The notes under the pieces: generated by a model
Told to the model about the DNA's origin: nothing
What the model saw: only the letters and a program-made list of their open reading frames with translations
Database searches by the model: none
From: Hemiscyllium ocellatum
Taxonomy: Eukaryota
Direction of reading: 5' to 3'
NCBI RefSeq assembly: GCF_020745735.1
Contig: NC_083430.1
Span: 31,114,909 to 31,178,908, forward strand
DNA: 64,000 bases
Shown here: piece after piece, positions 63,443 to 64,000 of the stretch
How the letters are laid out: every line of letters starts with the position of its first letter
How positions within the stretch are numbered: position 1 is the first letter of the stretch
Translations under genes and position numbers: made by a program

Positions 63443-63759
63443 GTAAGTTGTATAAAGACTTTGTTACTAAAATATACCAGTTTTCTGTCATGTGATTCAA
63501 TGCACAGCATTACTATAATCTTCTTTGAAAATAGTGCTTCCCTTAGAAACTGTGATCAGAGCCTTTTATTTATTTGTATTTTAAACAGTTTGCAGGAAGA
63601 TTTATGAAATACCATAAAATGAAGCAACCCAGGGCGTCTTTGCTTTCATAACTACAGACCGTGTAGTTTTTTTTGTATTTTAGACCTTTATGAAAGAGTG
63701 CTTGAGCACCAGTTGAAGTCTTGTGGCCAATTTTAGAACCAGACTTTAGGAAGGATAAG

Positions 63760-64000
63760 CTTTTAAGGAGGCTGTAAAGATTTATTACAGTTAGCAGTTT
63801 TGGAAAGGTTAGGGGAACTGGATTTGTTCTTTGTAAAGCATTGAAGGCTGGGATATTTGATAGAAGTGTTCAAAATCTTGAAGGATTTTGATATACTAAA
63901 TAAGAAACTATTTGCAGTGGCAGACATGTCAGTAATCTGATGGCTACAGCTCAGGCAATAGGGTGAGGGAGAATAGAAGATGTGGAAAAAATTACATAAA
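63760..64000 (+). mobile_element. Old CR1 3' fragment in intron 2
   Basis: GAAGGCTGGGATATTTGATAGAAGTGTTCAAAATCTTGAAGG (RL.G.LIEVFKILKG-like). Confidence 0.6.

Noticed and set aside
63269-63607. 112-aa ORF as a standalone gene
   Set aside because: Only 63301-63442 is macoilin exon 2; the flanks are intron read-through.
1-64000. CRISPR arrays, operons or other prokaryotic systems
   Set aside because: The sequence is a spliced vertebrate locus with no regularly spaced repeat-spacer array or dense coding.

Overview
Vertebrate genomic DNA, inferred from its repeat content (CR1 LINEs, V-SINE/HE1-type and Deu-type SINEs, Penelope-like elements) to be from a cartilaginous fish, probably a shark. 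One host gene is recognisable: macoilin (MACO1/TMEM57) on the + strand. It has a CpG-island promoter (~15880-16480), coding exon 1 (16611-16690), a 46,610-nt first intron and coding exon 2 (63301-63442), and it continues beyond the window. Most of the rest is decayed transposon sequence, and no other ORF in the track looks like a real host gene. Main points of interest: (i) many minimal hammerhead-ribozyme motifs in Penelope elements and in several short, often fold-back repeat families, including one apparently intact motif on the sense strand of the macoilin intron and a tandem pair; (ii) a LINE family whose 5' end is a SINE-like head running almost directly into the endonuclease region with no ORF1, together with short derivatives sharing both ends; (iii) a tRNA-Asp/V-SINE composite inserted in a CR1; (iv) two CR1 copies with the same inversion-plus-duplication topology; (v) a CR1 derivative retaining mainly ORF1; (vi) a Tigger/pogo-type MITE. 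Family names come from recognising motifs by eye, not from database searches. Repeat boundaries are approximate (tens of bp).
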